Positions 1-9,851 of a DNA stretch of 64,000 nucleotides are shown in pieces. Numbering within the stretch: position 1 is the first letter of the stretch; every line of letters starts with the position of its first letter. The notes below the pieces were generated by a model. It saw only the letters and a program-made list of their open reading frames with translations, was not told the origin of the DNA and searched no databases. Position numbers and translations under genes: made by a program. Source of the DNA: an uncultured Lishizhenia sp. (GTDB lineage Bacteria > Bacteroidota > Bacteroidia > Flavobacteriales_D > Crocinitomicaceae); NCBI GenBank assembly GCA_964559685.1, contig CAZLHR010000004.1, positions 15,389 through 79,388 on the forward strand. Reading direction: 5' to 3'.

Positions 1-981
1 GCGCGATGTAGGCTTTGGAGCAGCGTATTCTAGCCATCCCTTGGGAAAATTAACAGACGGAACCAAAGCGTTTTGAATATTACCTTTACCATTAAGTTCG
101 ATCTTAAAAGTTAGGATATCCCCTTTTTTAATTGGTTTTGATTGTACATTAAATGCTAATTGTATATCCCCAACGATTCCTATAAAGTCTTTGGGTTTAT
201 TTGCAGGTAGAGGAATAACTTCAATTGAAGGCGTATTGGACCTCACTCCCAAGTACCCAAAATCGATTTCCAGATTAATATCGAAGGGCTTAATTTTATA
301 GGTCCCTTTTTTGTCGAAAAAAAGCACTTTACGATCGAATGTGAAGGTATTCCATTCAAAACCGGCAATTTGTTCTTTTGAACTTTTAATTTGTTCAGGA
401 TTTCCAATTTCATAATTAGAAACGCTTCCATCAATAGCATAGGCCCTATAACGGTTCATATTATCGGGAAACATTTTTGAAAATACCTTTGCTTGTAATA
501 CTACTGATTCACCTTCATAAATTTTACTTTTGTTGGTTTCTACAACGCCAAATGCAGGTTTTCTTAACTCACGCTCGTTAAAAGAAGAAGATCCTCTACT
601 ATTTGAAATTGTAGGATTTTTTGTTACAACGACATTAATAGTGTTAGATGTAACCGATTTCTTACCAGATTTGAGTGTTACCGGTCCCAAAACAAAGTTT
701 CCTGGAGCATCAAAATAGCCATCTCGAATGTAGCTCATTTGAACTGTTAACCTACCGGAATGATCAAGTTGTTGCTGCATACTTGATTGTTCAGCGGTGC
801 CATAACGAAAAGTTTTAGGCGTTTTGATATCAATAGAACCATTTATGTCAGATATCACCTTCAGTTCTACTCGCTCTCCAACAGAAATTTTAGTAGAATT
901 TATTTCAAAACGAAGAGATTGTCCCCAACCATTTAAGGCTGAAAATAAAAATATTGAAACTATTAATATTCTGGCTACCAT
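1..981 (-). CDS. batD: BatD-like oxygen-tolerance protein (N-terminal part; 3' end runs off the window)
   Basis: Not in the ORF track because there is no stop codon inside the window. Manual minus-strand translation from the ATG at 981-979 gives MVARILIVSIFLFSALNGWGQSLRFEINSTKISVGERVELKV..., which has a signal peptide and stays open to position 1. The start overlaps the batC stop, and the gene sits in the last known position of Bat operons. Confidence 0.6.
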   Translation of the reverse strand, partial: MVARILIVSIFLFSALNGWGQSLRFEINSTKISVGERVELKVISDINGSIDIKTPKTFRYGTAEQSSMQQQLDHSGRLTVQMSYIRDGYFDAPGNFVLGPVTLKSGKKSVTSNTINVVVTKNPTISNSRGSSSFNERELRKPAFGVVETNKSKIYEGESVVLQAKVFSKMFPDNMNRYRAYAIDGSVSNYEIGNPEQIKSSKEQIAGFEWNTFTFDRKVLFFDKKGTYKIKPFDINLEIDFGYLGVRSNTPSIEVIPLPANKPKDFIGIVGDIQLAFNVQSKPIKKGDILTFKIELNGKGNIQNALVPSVNFPKGWLEYAAPKPTSR

Positions 982-1706
982 GGCTTTGAAATACGCCTTG
1001 ATTTTCCTTTGGCGTTGTTTACTTTACTTTTGGTTTTCATTTCTTCTATCGCTAAATTCTCTAGCATTTTTTCCACCTTTCTTTTCTCAATATCTTGATT
1101 GGATAATTCTTGACTAGTTTCTTGTGGAATAGGCTTTTCTTGGCCTTGGTTTCCATCTTGTCTATCTGATTTAGAATCTAATTCTTTCTCATCTTTTTTA
1201 TCTTCTTTGTTTTGCTGGTCTTTATTGTTTGACTGATTTTGATTGTTTTTGTCGTTGTTATTTTTATCTTCCTTGTCCTTAGGATTTTTTTGTTTATTTC
1301 TATTCTTTCGCATCGCCAAGGATAAATTATGCCTCGCCTCCGCATCATTCGGATTCTTTCGAAGAGCATCTCGGTAGGCGTTTATTGCATCTTGGTAATT
1401 ACCTTCGTTGTAAAATGTGTTTCCAACGTTGTAATCAATATCGGCATTTGATTCCTTTGTCTTTTTATTAGAATATGCATTCCGTGCTTCGTTAAATTTT
1501 TTCAGTCGGTAAAAAGTTTGAGCCAATTCTTCAGCATAATCTCCTTTTTGTCCCGATAAAGAATCTAGTTTTTGGTAATAAAAAAGTGCATCTTTGAAAT
1601 CTTTATTGGAGTAAGCTTCTTGAGCTTTATCCAATAGTTCAGATTTATTTTGAGCAATAAAAGCTGAGGACAAAAACAAAAAGAATACTAAACTTATTTT
1701 TTCCAT
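975..1706 (-). CDS. batC: BatC-like TPR-repeat protein with a K/N/D/Q-rich low-complexity tail
   Basis: The internal Met20 (MEKISLVFFLFLSSAFIAQ) gives a signal/anchor and starts 13 nt inside the batB 3' end. TPR-like repeats are present (AYSNKDFKDALFYYQK, GNTFYNEGNYQDAINAYRDALRKNPND). The position follows two VWA genes. Confidence 0.65.
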   Translation of the reverse strand: MEKISLVFFLFLSSAFIAQNKSELLDKAQEAYSNKDFKDALFYYQKLDSLSGQKGDYAEELAQTFYRLKKFNEARNAYSNKKTKESNADIDYNVGNTFYNEGNYQDAINAYRDALRKNPNDAEARHNLSLAMRKNRNKQKNPKDKEDKNNNDKNNQNQSNNKDQQNKEDKKDEKELDSKSDRQDGNQGQEKPIPQETSQELSNQDIEKRKVEKMLENLAIEEMKTKSKVNNAKGKSRRISKPW

Positions 1707-2788
1707 ACAACCGGTAATAATAATAACGTGCAAAAAGCAATGAGTGCAGTATAGACAAACCACTTGTAACGAATTGCTTCCACATCCACATCCAAAGTTC
1801 GAGAATTCTCTCTTTTCATGAGGTTAATTTGTGTTAATATAGCTTCAATATCCGGAAATGCTTGCGAAGAAATAATTGCACTACCAGCAGTTGATGTGGC
1901 AAGTTGCTTAATCGATTCTTGGTCAAGTTTTGAAATCCACTCGTTTCCATTATCGTCCATTAGGTTTGAGGCATCGTTATCCGATGACCTCGAAGGTATT
2001 GGTCCACCTGTGCTAGATCCTAGTCCAACTATACAAGTTTTAATTTCCTTTGAGACTAATTCCTTGTAAATCTCGTTGTCTTGATTATCTGATTCGTGAT
2101 TCTCACCATCTGTTATCACTAAAATTGCTTTGTTAACGACATTTGAACTAAACATTTCATTTACTTGTTGAAAAGCTGCACCAATATCGGTTCCTTGCTG
2201 TTCAATTAGTTCACTTTCAACATTGGAAACCACCGTCCTGACTAGTTGATAATCTCGCGTTAATTCAAGTTCACGAATTGCATTTCCTGCAAAAATACAA
2301 AGGCCAATTTGTTCACCCGAAGATTTCGAAAGTAAGGAACTAATTACACGTTTGGCAACATCTAAACGTGAGCTACCCTCCATATCTTTAACATTCATTG
2401 ATTTTGAAACATCAAGACAAATAATAAGCTCAAGATTTGATTTTGATGAAATGGCCCTCTCTTTACCATAAATTGGCATGGCTGCTGCAATAACTAGGGC
2501 GTACCAGATTAAACTCATGAGCAGCAACTGAACGGACATATAGGAGGCAGAAATTCCCATAGTGCTTTCCCTTCCCCATTTCAACTTGTTCGTTTTATAA
2601 ATGGTCCAACCGAAAACAATAGAAAAAGGAAGAAATAATCCAAGTAGTACAAGGTAACTTGGATGAACAAAATAAAACCTAGGAACTTCATCAAAACCGC
2701 CAAAAAAATAAAAAAGTAAAAGCATGGAAATCCATATTATCGCCTGTAAAGCAATAATCCTTATATATATGTATTTCAAACTATTCAT
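1694..2788 (-). CDS. batB: VWA domain-containing protein, BatB-like
   Basis: Start taken at Met25 (MNSLKYIY), forming an ATGA overlap with the batA stop at 2785-2788. It has N-terminal TM helices followed by a VWA/MIDAS-like motif (LDVSKSMNVKD ... ILVITDGENH). Confidence 0.75.
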   Translation of the reverse strand: MNSLKYIYIRIIALQAIIWISMLLLFYFFGGFDEVPRFYFVHPSYLVLLGLFLPFSIVFGWTIYKTNKLKWGRESTMGISASYMSVQLLLMSLIWYALVIAAAMPIYGKERAISSKSNLELIICLDVSKSMNVKDMEGSSRLDVAKRVISSLLSKSSGEQIGLCIFAGNAIRELELTRDYQLVRTVVSNVESELIEQQGTDIGAAFQQVNEMFSSNVVNKAILVITDGENHESDNQDNEIYKELVSKEIKTCIVGLGSSTGGPIPSRSSDNDASNLMDDNGNEWISKLDQESIKQLATSTAGSAIISSQAFPDIEAILTQINLMKRENSRTLDVDVEAIRYKWFVYTALIAFCTLLLLPVVWKK

Positions 2789-3834
2789 TTTCGGTTTCGT
2801 TGAAAGGTAAAAAAGCCGAATTCCATTATAAATATCAAAATGACTATAAATAACAACCAATTAAGAAAAGCATTTGGTGTAGTAGGAGGGTCTATTTGAC
2901 TCATCTTATCTGCCATTTTCTGTTTCTCCATTTGATCAATTCTTTCATAAATTTCTGATAGACTCGATTGATCAGTTGCTCTAAAGTACATGCCCCTTGT
3001 TTGGGAAGCAATGGATTTAAGGGTGCTTTCATCGATTTCTACCTCTTGGTATTCATAATTCAAACCAAAAGGTGTTACTACCGGTGTTAATGCTTTACCC
3101 ATGGAACCAATACCGATGGTGTAAACGCAGATATTTTTACTTTTTGCTAATTCTGCTGCTGCTAATGGACTCAGTTGACCAGCATTATTCATTCCGTCGG
3201 TTAATAAAATAATAACCTTGGATTTAAGTGTATCATTTTTTAATTGTAGAACGGCTGTCCCGAGACCTGTGCCAATAGCCGTTCCCTGCTCCATTTCAAA
3301 GCCATTAACTTCTTGAATTTTTGACTTTAACTGGACATAATCACGTGTAGGTGGACACGCAGAATAAGCTTCTCCTGCGTAAGCAACAAATCCAATTCTA
3401 TCTCCTTCTCGTTGTTCAATAAACTCGTAAGCAACATTTTTTGCTGCTTGTAAACGGTTTGGGTTAAAATCTTTGGCTTGCATAGACAAAGACACATCAA
3501 TTGCCAACATAATGTCAATTCCGAAAGCATAATTATCCGGATGAATTTGCATATCCTTCCAACGAAAAGGCTTGGCAAAAATGAATAAAAATAACACAAA
3601 GACACTCAATTTTAATAGTATGAGGATTCTTCTTACCCAAACAATCGATCTACTTTCAATTCTTTTTTGAAAAAATGAAGGGACAGAAAATGGGAGATCT
3701 GCTTTTCTGTAAAATTCCTTTCGAAACAAGAGCCATCCAATTATAGGTAATGTGAACAATAACCAAAGAAATAATGGTTCAAAATAATTGTAACTCCAAG
3801 GGTTGATATTCCAATTACCCCACATTTTCATCAT
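2785..3834 (-). CDS. batA: VWA domain-containing protein, BatA-like
   Basis: Two N-terminal TM helices, a MIDAS motif (AIDVSLSMQAKD), IILLTDGMNNAG, and a C-terminal TM helix. This is the typical BatA architecture, downstream of MoxR/DUF58. Confidence 0.8.
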   Translation of the reverse strand: MMKMWGNWNINPWSYNYFEPLFLWLLFTLPIIGWLLFRKEFYRKADLPFSVPSFFQKRIESRSIVWVRRILILLKLSVFVLFLFIFAKPFRWKDMQIHPDNYAFGIDIMLAIDVSLSMQAKDFNPNRLQAAKNVAYEFIEQREGDRIGFVAYAGEAYSACPPTRDYVQLKSKIQEVNGFEMEQGTAIGTGLGTAVLQLKNDTLKSKVIILLTDGMNNAGQLSPLAAAELAKSKNICVYTIGIGSMGKALTPVVTPFGLNYEYQEVEIDESTLKSIASQTRGMYFRATDQSSLSEIYERIDQMEKQKMADKMSQIDPPTTPNAFLNWLLFIVILIFIMEFGFFTFQRNRK

Positions 3835-4732
3835 TTTTTTTCAGCGTATCGATAAGTGCAACACACGACTCTAATTTTTCCTTAGCAAAATTATGACTCG
3901 AGGACGAAGCTGCGAATTTTACCAAGTCAGCGCTGTTGAGTATTTCCTCAATTTCTTTTATCAATGATGCTTGCAATCCCATTTTTTTTAACAATACCGT
4001 CGTTTCGCTTGTGGTTTTATCCATCAGATTAACGAGAAATTCTTCCGTAATGTAAGTTCTGAGAATCCAAGATAGCTTATCGTAATATTCCTTTTGATTT
4101 GTTTCCCAAGTTCTTGAGTTCATTAATGAATTCAATTCATTCAAAGCTCGTTCCTTTGGTGTTTTCAACAAATATGCACGCGAATTCCTTTTCCTTTTTT
4201 TTAAAACCCAATAGAGTAAAGCGCTCAAAAAACCTAAGCCTATAAAAAGATAAATCCAGTAAATCCAATTGTTTTTTTGTTGGTTGTCATTGGAACTTTT
4301 ATTTGAATCGATAAATTTCTCTCGAATGTCAATTATCTCGTTAGAACCATTAATTAATTCGGTAGATACATAAACAGTATCCGATGAAAATGAGACAACG
4401 CTATCTCCAAGAGAATAGTTGGTTTCTTTTAATACAACCGTGCCAGTATCCCAAGGAATAAGTGTCATCTCATACTTTTGCCAACCCACTGAATCCTTCA
4501 CTCGTTCTTCCTTGACCAATTCAACAAAACAAGAATCCTTAGGATTTTCAATAGAAAAGGCTGGAAAAACTTTTGATGACTTCTCTTTCCATGGAAAAGT
4601 TCCGTTCAATTTTACACGATAAGTCAATTTAAAAGGAAATCCCACCTTCAAGGAATCAATATTTGTAAAAACCTCAACCTTTTGCGAAAACAGAACGAAT
4701 GGAATAAAAAGAAATAGTAAAACTACCTTCAT
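3815..4732 (-). CDS. hypothetical membrane protein of the Bat operon (signal peptide plus one central TM helix)
   Basis: 305-aa ORF. It has a signal peptide (MKVVLLFLFIPFVLFSQ) and a central TM helix (WIYWIYLFIGLGFLSALLYWVL). It overlaps batA by 20 nt and lies 3 nt from the DUF58 gene. I recognise no catalytic motif. Confidence 0.5.
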   Translation of the reverse strand: MKVVLLFLFIPFVLFSQKVEVFTNIDSLKVGFPFKLTYRVKLNGTFPWKEKSSKVFPAFSIENPKDSCFVELVKEERVKDSVGWQKYEMTLIPWDTGTVVLKETNYSLGDSVVSFSSDTVYVSTELINGSNEIIDIREKFIDSNKSSNDNQQKNNWIYWIYLFIGLGFLSALLYWVLKKRKRNSRAYLLKTPKERALNELNSLMNSRTWETNQKEYYDKLSWILRTYITEEFLVNLMDKTTSETTVLLKKMGLQASLIKEIEEILNSADLVKFAASSSSHNFAKEKLESCVALIDTLKKNDENVG

Positions 4733-4735
4733 AGT

Positions 4736-5596
4736 CTATTGATAGAGTGAATTTAATAGTTGATAGGTATTTTCATCTGTAAAAAGTTTCTTCCATTTTA
4801 TCCCATTATTGACAGATAATTGATCCAACTGAACAGTTTGTTTGTCGAAAAAATCACGAAAGAAAAAACGGGTCTTTTCTGAAGAAGTATTAATCCAGGT
4901 TTTTCGACCCGATTCAAAATTTTCAACTTGCACCCATCCAACATCTGGAAGAACTTCTTCCTCTTTGTTCCGCACACAAATGAAAAACAATTTATGTCGA
5001 AAAACTACTCTTTTCAACTGATCAGAAATTGAAAGATTGGATAAAAAATCACTCGCAAAAAAAATGGTTGAACGCGGTAACTTTTCTTTAGAAAGCCACT
5101 CGAAAGGTATCTCCAAGCTCGTTCTGGTAATTCCCGGTCTATACGTCAGCAATTTATCTATTGTCGCATAAAAATGCAATCTACCTTTTGAAAATGGAAT
5201 GTAATGTTCAATTTCATCGGAAAAAATCAACAATCCAAAATGGTCATTTTGCTTCCAAGCCGTAAAGGCTATCATCGCTGCTACTTCGATTTGTTTGTCC
5301 CATTTCGAAACACCATTTTCAGTAAACATATTCGAAGTAGAGCTATCTAATACAATCAAAAAATGTTGTTCTTTTTCTTCCTCAAAAATCTTAACATGAG
5401 GAATATTGTAACGCGCAGTAACATTCCAATCAATTGTTCGAACCTCATCGCCAAAATGATATTCACGTACTTCGGAAAAGGACATACCCGTACCTTTGAT
5501 TGTGGAACGTGCATTGCCAACATGACGATTACTTGATCTAAATCGAGGTTTTAGGTTTAGAATTCGAAGTTTAGAAAATAGAGTCTTTTTATCCAT
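4736..5596 (-). CDS. DUF58 domain-containing protein (MoxR partner)
   Basis: Contains the GxxxSxxxGxGxEFxExRxYxxGDxxRxIDW-like signature (GNARSTIKGTGMSFSEVREYHFGDEVRTIDWNVTAR). It lies immediately downstream of the MoxR ATPase. Confidence 0.8.
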   Translation of the reverse strand: MDKKTLFSKLRILNLKPRFRSSNRHVGNARSTIKGTGMSFSEVREYHFGDEVRTIDWNVTARYNIPHVKIFEEEKEQHFLIVLDSSTSNMFTENGVSKWDKQIEVAAMIAFTAWKQNDHFGLLIFSDEIEHYIPFSKGRLHFYATIDKLLTYRPGITRTSLEIPFEWLSKEKLPRSTIFFASDFLSNLSISDQLKRVVFRHKLFFICVRNKEEEVLPDVGWVQVENFESGRKTWINTSSEKTRFFFRDFFDKQTVQLDQLSVNNGIKWKKLFTDENTYQLLNSLYQ

Positions 5597-5604
5597 TTAC
5601 AACC

Positions 5605-6639
5605 TTATGGAACATCTACCACACTAACTAAACGTTCAATAATTTGCTTTGAAGTAATGCGTTCAGCATCTGCCTCGTAAGATAATCCTATTCGGTGTTG
5701 CAAAACATCTACAGCCATTGCACGAATATCCTCAGGAATAACAAAAGAACGTCCTTTCAAAAATGCAAATGCTTTCGCTGCAAGGGCTAAATTAATACTT
5801 CCTCTTGGCGAAGAACCATACACCAACATTCCATTTTGATTATAGCGTTCAGGAGAACGGGTAGCAGAAATTATATTCACGATATATTGTTCTATTTTTT
5901 CATCCAAATAAACTTTTCGAACCAATTCGCGCATTCTGGAAATATCTTTTGTTGTCATGACTTTAGAAACTTTGTTGACACCTTCGGGCTGAATAGCCTG
6001 ACGAATTATCAACTTCTCTTCTGAAGGTGATGGATAGGTTAAATTTATTTTCAACATAAACCGATCGATTTGAGCTTCTGGGAGGGGATAAGTTCCTTCT
6101 TGCTCTATCGGATTCTGCGTCGCTAAAACCAAGAATGGATCTGGTAGGGAAAAGGTCTGATCACCAATGGTTATTTGACGCTCTTGCATGGCTTCTAACA
6201 ACGCACTTTGAACTTTTGCGGGTGCACGATTAATTTCGTCAGCCAAAACAAAAGACGCGAATATGGGTCCTTTTTTTACATCAAATACTTCTGATTTTTG
6301 TTTATAAATCATGGTTCCTGTTAAATCTGCAGGAAGCAAATCAGGAGTAAATTGAATTCGGCTAAACGATGCATCGATGGATTCAGATAAGGTCTTAATG
6401 GCTAGCGTTTTTGCCAAACCCGGCGTTCCTTCCAACAAAACATGACCATTGGTAAGCAGGGCAATAATTAAACTATCTACCATTTTATCCTGACCTATGA
6501 TTACGCGTGAAATTTCAGATTTTAGTTTATCTATTCCAATTAATTCCAATTTAATTTCTTCCGAGAGTTGTCTCAAAGACTCCGCGGGATTTATTGACTG
6601 TTCTGACGTTTCCAACATATGTTTAAGGATTGACAACAA
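5605..6639 (-). CDS. moxR: MoxR-family AAA+ ATPase
   Basis: Walker A (LLEGTPGLAKT), Walker B (VLADEINRAP) and a GSSPRG sensor region. Size is about 340 aa. The start could instead be Met8 at 6618. Confidence 0.9.
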   Translation of the reverse strand: MLSILKHMLETSEQSINPAESLRQLSEEIKLELIGIDKLKSEISRVIIGQDKMVDSLIIALLTNGHVLLEGTPGLAKTLAIKTLSESIDASFSRIQFTPDLLPADLTGTMIYKQKSEVFDVKKGPIFASFVLADEINRAPAKVQSALLEAMQERQITIGDQTFSLPDPFLVLATQNPIEQEGTYPLPEAQIDRFMLKINLTYPSPSEEKLIIRQAIQPEGVNKVSKVMTTKDISRMRELVRKVYLDEKIEQYIVNIISATRSPERYNQNGMLVYGSSPRGSINLALAAKAFAFLKGRSFVIPEDIRAMAVDVLQHRIGLSYEADAERITSKQIIERLVSVVDVP

Positions 6640-6715
6640 ATTTCTTAATGTTTGGGCGCTAAAAGGTTGTTTTTGCTGTTAATTCTTGTTAATCTTGTGT
6701 TGTACAAAAAGATAC

Positions 6716-7075
6716 ATGGAAAGGAATTGCCAAGAATGTGGACATAAATTAAGAGGAAGAAAAGATCAGAAATTTTGCAGTGACTCTTGCAGGAATTCAT
6801 TCAATAATAAAAAGAATGAGGATGCTAATGCCTCTGTAAGACGTATCAATACTATTTTGAGAAAAAATAGACGAATTCTAGCGGCAATGAACCCAAATGG
6901 GAAGATAACTGTCGATGGAATTTCATTAGCCGAAATGGGGTTTAATTTTCATTATTTCACTAATATTTACAAGACTCAGAAAGGGGCTCAGTACTATTTC
7001 TGTTATGATTATGGTTACATCAAAATGGAAAATGACCAATACATGTTGGTACAGAAGCAAGATTATGTAAAATAA
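6716..7075 (+). CDS. hypothetical zinc-ribbon protein
   Basis: Start taken at Met11 (MERNCQECGHKLRGRKDQKFCSDSCRNSF), giving a CxxC...CxxxC N-terminal ribbon followed by a basic region. The hairpin at 7076-7101 follows the stop codon directly. Confidence 0.5.
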   Translation: MERNCQECGHKLRGRKDQKFCSDSCRNSFNNKKNEDANASVRRINTILRKNRRILAAMNPNGKITVDGISLAEMGFNFHYFTNIYKTQKGAQYYFCYDYGYIKMENDQYMLVQKQDYVK

Positions 7076-7101
7076 GAAAGGCCGCTTTTTAGCAGCCTTT
7101 C
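7076..7101. terminator. hairpin between the convergent zinc-ribbon ORF and tRNA-His
   Basis: gaaaggc (7076-7082) pairs perfectly with gcctttc (7095-7101), giving a 7-bp stem with a 12-nt loop. It sits exactly between the two 3' ends. Confidence 0.45.
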
Positions 7102-7105
7102 TGAG

Positions 7106-7180
<75 letters not shown>

Positions 7181-7193
7181 GTTTTAGTGGGTG

Positions 7194-7201
7194 CAAATAT
7201 A
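7194..7201 (-). promoter_or_regulatory. Bacteroidota -7 box (TATATTTG) upstream of tRNA-His
   Basis: Plus-strand caaatata is TATATTTG on the minus strand and matches TAnnTTTG. It lies 13 nt upstream of the tRNA 5' end. Confidence 0.45.
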
Positions 7202-7231
7202 CAGTATTTTTAGTAAAATTAATAAGCAAAG

Positions 7232-7259
7232 AAAAAAAAACAGCCGATAGTTCGACTGT
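7232..7259 (-). terminator. rho-independent terminator of hmgA-hppD
   Basis: Stem acagccga / tcgactgt (7 of 8 bp) with a 4-nt loop. On the minus strand it is followed by a 9-nt T run (plus-strand A run 7232-7240). It lies 24 nt after the hppD stop. Confidence 0.5.
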
Positions 7260-7282
7260 TTTTCTTAATCTGACAAAGGGAA

Positions 7283-8458
7283 TTATAATGTTCCTCTTTT
7301 TTCTTGCTCGCGTTCGATCGATTCAAATAATGCTTTAAAATTACCAGCACCGAAGCCTTTCGCTCCCATTCGCTGAATAATTTCATAAAATAACGTTGGT
7401 CTGTCTTCAACGGGTTTTGTAAATATTTGCAATAAGTAACCTTCTTCATCGGCGTCTACTAAAATCCCCAACGACATTAACTCATTTATATCTTCTTTCA
7501 TGATACTCATATGTTCCCCAAGACGCGCAGGAACTTCATCGTAGTAAGCCTTTGGCGGCGCTGAAAGAAACTCTACCCCTCGAGAACGCAACTGCCTAAC
7601 CGTGTCAATAATATTATCTGTAGCTACGGCAATATGCTGTGCACCTGGGCCTTCATAAAAATCTAGGTACTCTTCAATTTGAGAGCGCTTCTTTCCTTCG
7701 GCAGGTTCGTTGATCGGAAATTTGATTCTTCCATTTCCATTGGACATTACTTTTGACATAAGTGCTGAGTATTCCGTATGAATTTGTTTATCGTCAAATG
7801 ACAAAAAGTTAACAAATCCCATAACATCCTCGTACCATTTCACCCAAGTGTTCATCTCTCCCCAACCAACATTGCCGACCATATGATCAATAAATTTTAA
7901 ACCTGTAGCGGAAGGATTGTAATCCGATTCCCACTTTTGAAATCCAGGCAGAAAAATTCCATTATAATTTTTTCTTTCGACAAACATGTGAACTGTTTCC
8001 CCGTAGGTATAAATACCTGCCCTCACCACTTCACCATGCTCGTCTTTTTCAACTGTTGGCTCCATGAAAGATTTTGCTCCTCTAGAAGTTGTTTCTTCCC
8101 AAGATTTTCTTGCATCATCCACCCACAAAGCGATTACTTTTACGCCATCACCGTGTTTTTTTACATGTTCTCCAATTGGAGATTGACTGTTCAAAGCAGT
8201 GGTTAATACTAATCGTATTTTATCCTGTTTTAGCACATAGGAAACTCTATCTTTCAATCCTGTTTCTAATCCAGCATAGGCATGGGATTGAAACCCAAAA
8301 GCTGTTTTATAGTAATGTGCGGATTGTTTGGCATTCCCGACATAAAATTCTACATAATCTGTACCCAACAACGGAAGAAAATCTTCCGCTCCTTCAAATA
8401 TTTTCTCTAATCCATATTCGACGTTAGAGACTACTTTTTTATTTTGTTCTTGTGACAT
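7283..8458 (-). CDS. hppD: 4-hydroxyphenylpyruvate dioxygenase
   Basis: 391 aa with two VOC/glyoxalase-type halves. Contains HIAVATDNI, PINEP and the C-terminal GAGNFKALFESIEREQEKRG typical of HPPD. Confidence 0.9.
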   Translation of the reverse strand: MSQEQNKKVVSNVEYGLEKIFEGAEDFLPLLGTDYVEFYVGNAKQSAHYYKTAFGFQSHAYAGLETGLKDRVSYVLKQDKIRLVLTTALNSQSPIGEHVKKHGDGVKVIALWVDDARKSWEETTSRGAKSFMEPTVEKDEHGEVVRAGIYTYGETVHMFVERKNYNGIFLPGFQKWESDYNPSATGLKFIDHMVGNVGWGEMNTWVKWYEDVMGFVNFLSFDDKQIHTEYSALMSKVMSNGNGRIKFPINEPAEGKKRSQIEEYLDFYEGPGAQHIAVATDNIIDTVRQLRSRGVEFLSAPPKAYYDEVPARLGEHMSIMKEDINELMSLGILVDADEEGYLLQIFTKPVEDRPTLFYEIIQRMGAKGFGAGNFKALFESIEREQEKRGTL

Positions 8459-8476
8459 ATTAAAATTTATTAATGA

Positions 8477-9634
8477 TTAATGTATCCACGATTTCATATA
8501 CATTGGATCTTCAATTTGAATAGCTTGTTTCGTAAGCTTTAATGGCTTGAAGGTATCGACCATTACCGCTAATTCTAAGGTTTCCTTTTTCCCAATACTT
8601 CTCTCGTATGCCCCCGGATGCGGACCATGTGGTATTCCTGCAGGGTGTAAAGTAATTTGTCCTTTCTCTATATGGTTTCTACTCATAAAATCTCCATCAA
8701 CATAATACAAAACCTCATCGGAATCAATATTACTGTGGTTATAAGGGGCAGGAATCGAGTCTGGGTGGTAATCGTAAAGCCTTGGAACAAATGAGCAGAT
8801 TACAAACGCGCTTGTTTCAAAAGTTTGATGAACTGGTGGCGGTTGGTGTACACGACCAGTTATCGGTTCAAAATCGTGAATTGAAAATGCGTACGGATAA
8901 TTGAACCCGTCCCAACCAACTACATTAAAAGGGTGATGTGCATACACATAATCATACAACACGTCTTGTTTCTTTATGCGAATCAAAAACGATCCTTCTT
9001 GATCTATGGTTTCTAATCTGTGTGGTGGACGAATATCGCGCTCACAAAATGGCGAATGTTCCAATAATTGTCCAAACCAATTTCGATATCTTTTCGGTGT
9101 GTAAATTGGGTGAAAAGATTGAATAATTAATAATTTGTTGTCTGCGTCATTAAAGTGCAATTGATAAATCATTCCTCTCGGAACAACTAAATAATCTCCG
9201 TAAGTAAAATCGATCACACCTAATTGTGTTTTGAGTTGACCTGAACCTCTGTGAATGAAGATTACCTCATCGGCATCAGCATTTTTGTAGAAGTAATCCG
9301 TCATCGATTTTTGAGGGCTAGCTAATTCGATGTAGCAATCGCTATTTACAAGAACAGGTGTTCTACTGGCAATATAGTCATCTTTTGGTGTTACCTCAAA
9401 TCCTTTCAGTGAGCGCATCGTCATATTTTTGTCGAGGGCAATTTCTGGCGCAACATTCGTTTCTCCAAGAATTTCTTTAACCACAGTTGGCGGCTGAATA
9501 TGGTAAAGAAGAGATGACATACCATCAAACCCTATTGTACCGAAAAGCTGCTCGTGGTATAGATTTCCATTTGGTTGACGAAAAACAGTATGTCGTTTGT
9601 GAGGGATATTCCCTAATTTATGATAAAAAGGCAT
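8477..9634 (-). CDS. hmgA: homogentisate 1,2-dioxygenase
   Basis: 385-aa cupin-type protein (MPFYHKLGNIPHKRHTVFRQPNG..., ...HPAGIPHGPHPG). It lies 18 nt upstream of hppD on the same strand. Confidence 0.9.
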   Translation of the reverse strand: MPFYHKLGNIPHKRHTVFRQPNGNLYHEQLFGTIGFDGMSSLLYHIQPPTVVKEILGETNVAPEIALDKNMTMRSLKGFEVTPKDDYIASRTPVLVNSDCYIELASPQKSMTDYFYKNADADEVIFIHRGSGQLKTQLGVIDFTYGDYLVVPRGMIYQLHFNDADNKLLIIQSFHPIYTPKRYRNWFGQLLEHSPFCERDIRPPHRLETIDQEGSFLIRIKKQDVLYDYVYAHHPFNVVGWDGFNYPYAFSIHDFEPITGRVHQPPPVHQTFETSAFVICSFVPRLYDYHPDSIPAPYNHSNIDSDEVLYYVDGDFMSRNHIEKGQITLHPAGIPHGPHPGAYERSIGKKETLELAVMVDTFKPLKLTKQAIQIEDPMYMKSWIH

Positions 9635-9843
9635 TTTTTTCTGATTTAAATGAACAATTAATTTTTTCGAAAGCTCTTTTTAAAATCACTCCGGATTTCG
9701 TTTTAGCATCTGCTTTATTAATACGTTAAGATTCAACCAGTTCATTTGAGGCAAAATTAATGTATTCATCGAACTAATATAAATGATTTTCATCAGTTTT
9801 TTTAATTTTCTTCTTGATAAAGTAATCTAAAAGGAAGAAAAAG

Positions 9844-9851
9844 TACTTTTG
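9844..9851 (+). promoter_or_regulatory. -7 box TACTTTTG upstream of tdh
   Basis: Exact TAnnTTTG match 16 nt upstream of the ATG at 9868. No well-spaced -33 TTG was seen. Confidence 0.4.

Noticed and set aside
1140-1370. Low-complexity T/G-rich DNA with a 63-aa antisense-frame ORF (1178-1369), considered as a repeat element
   Set aside because: It is the coding sequence of the K/N/D/Q-rich BatC tail. The bias is compositional with no unit repeat, and the second ORF is a frame artefact of that low complexity.
7219-7449. 76-aa minus-strand ORF overlapping the hppD 3' end and its terminator
   Set aside because: It is an alternate frame of hppD extending into the terminator hairpin, with no independent support.
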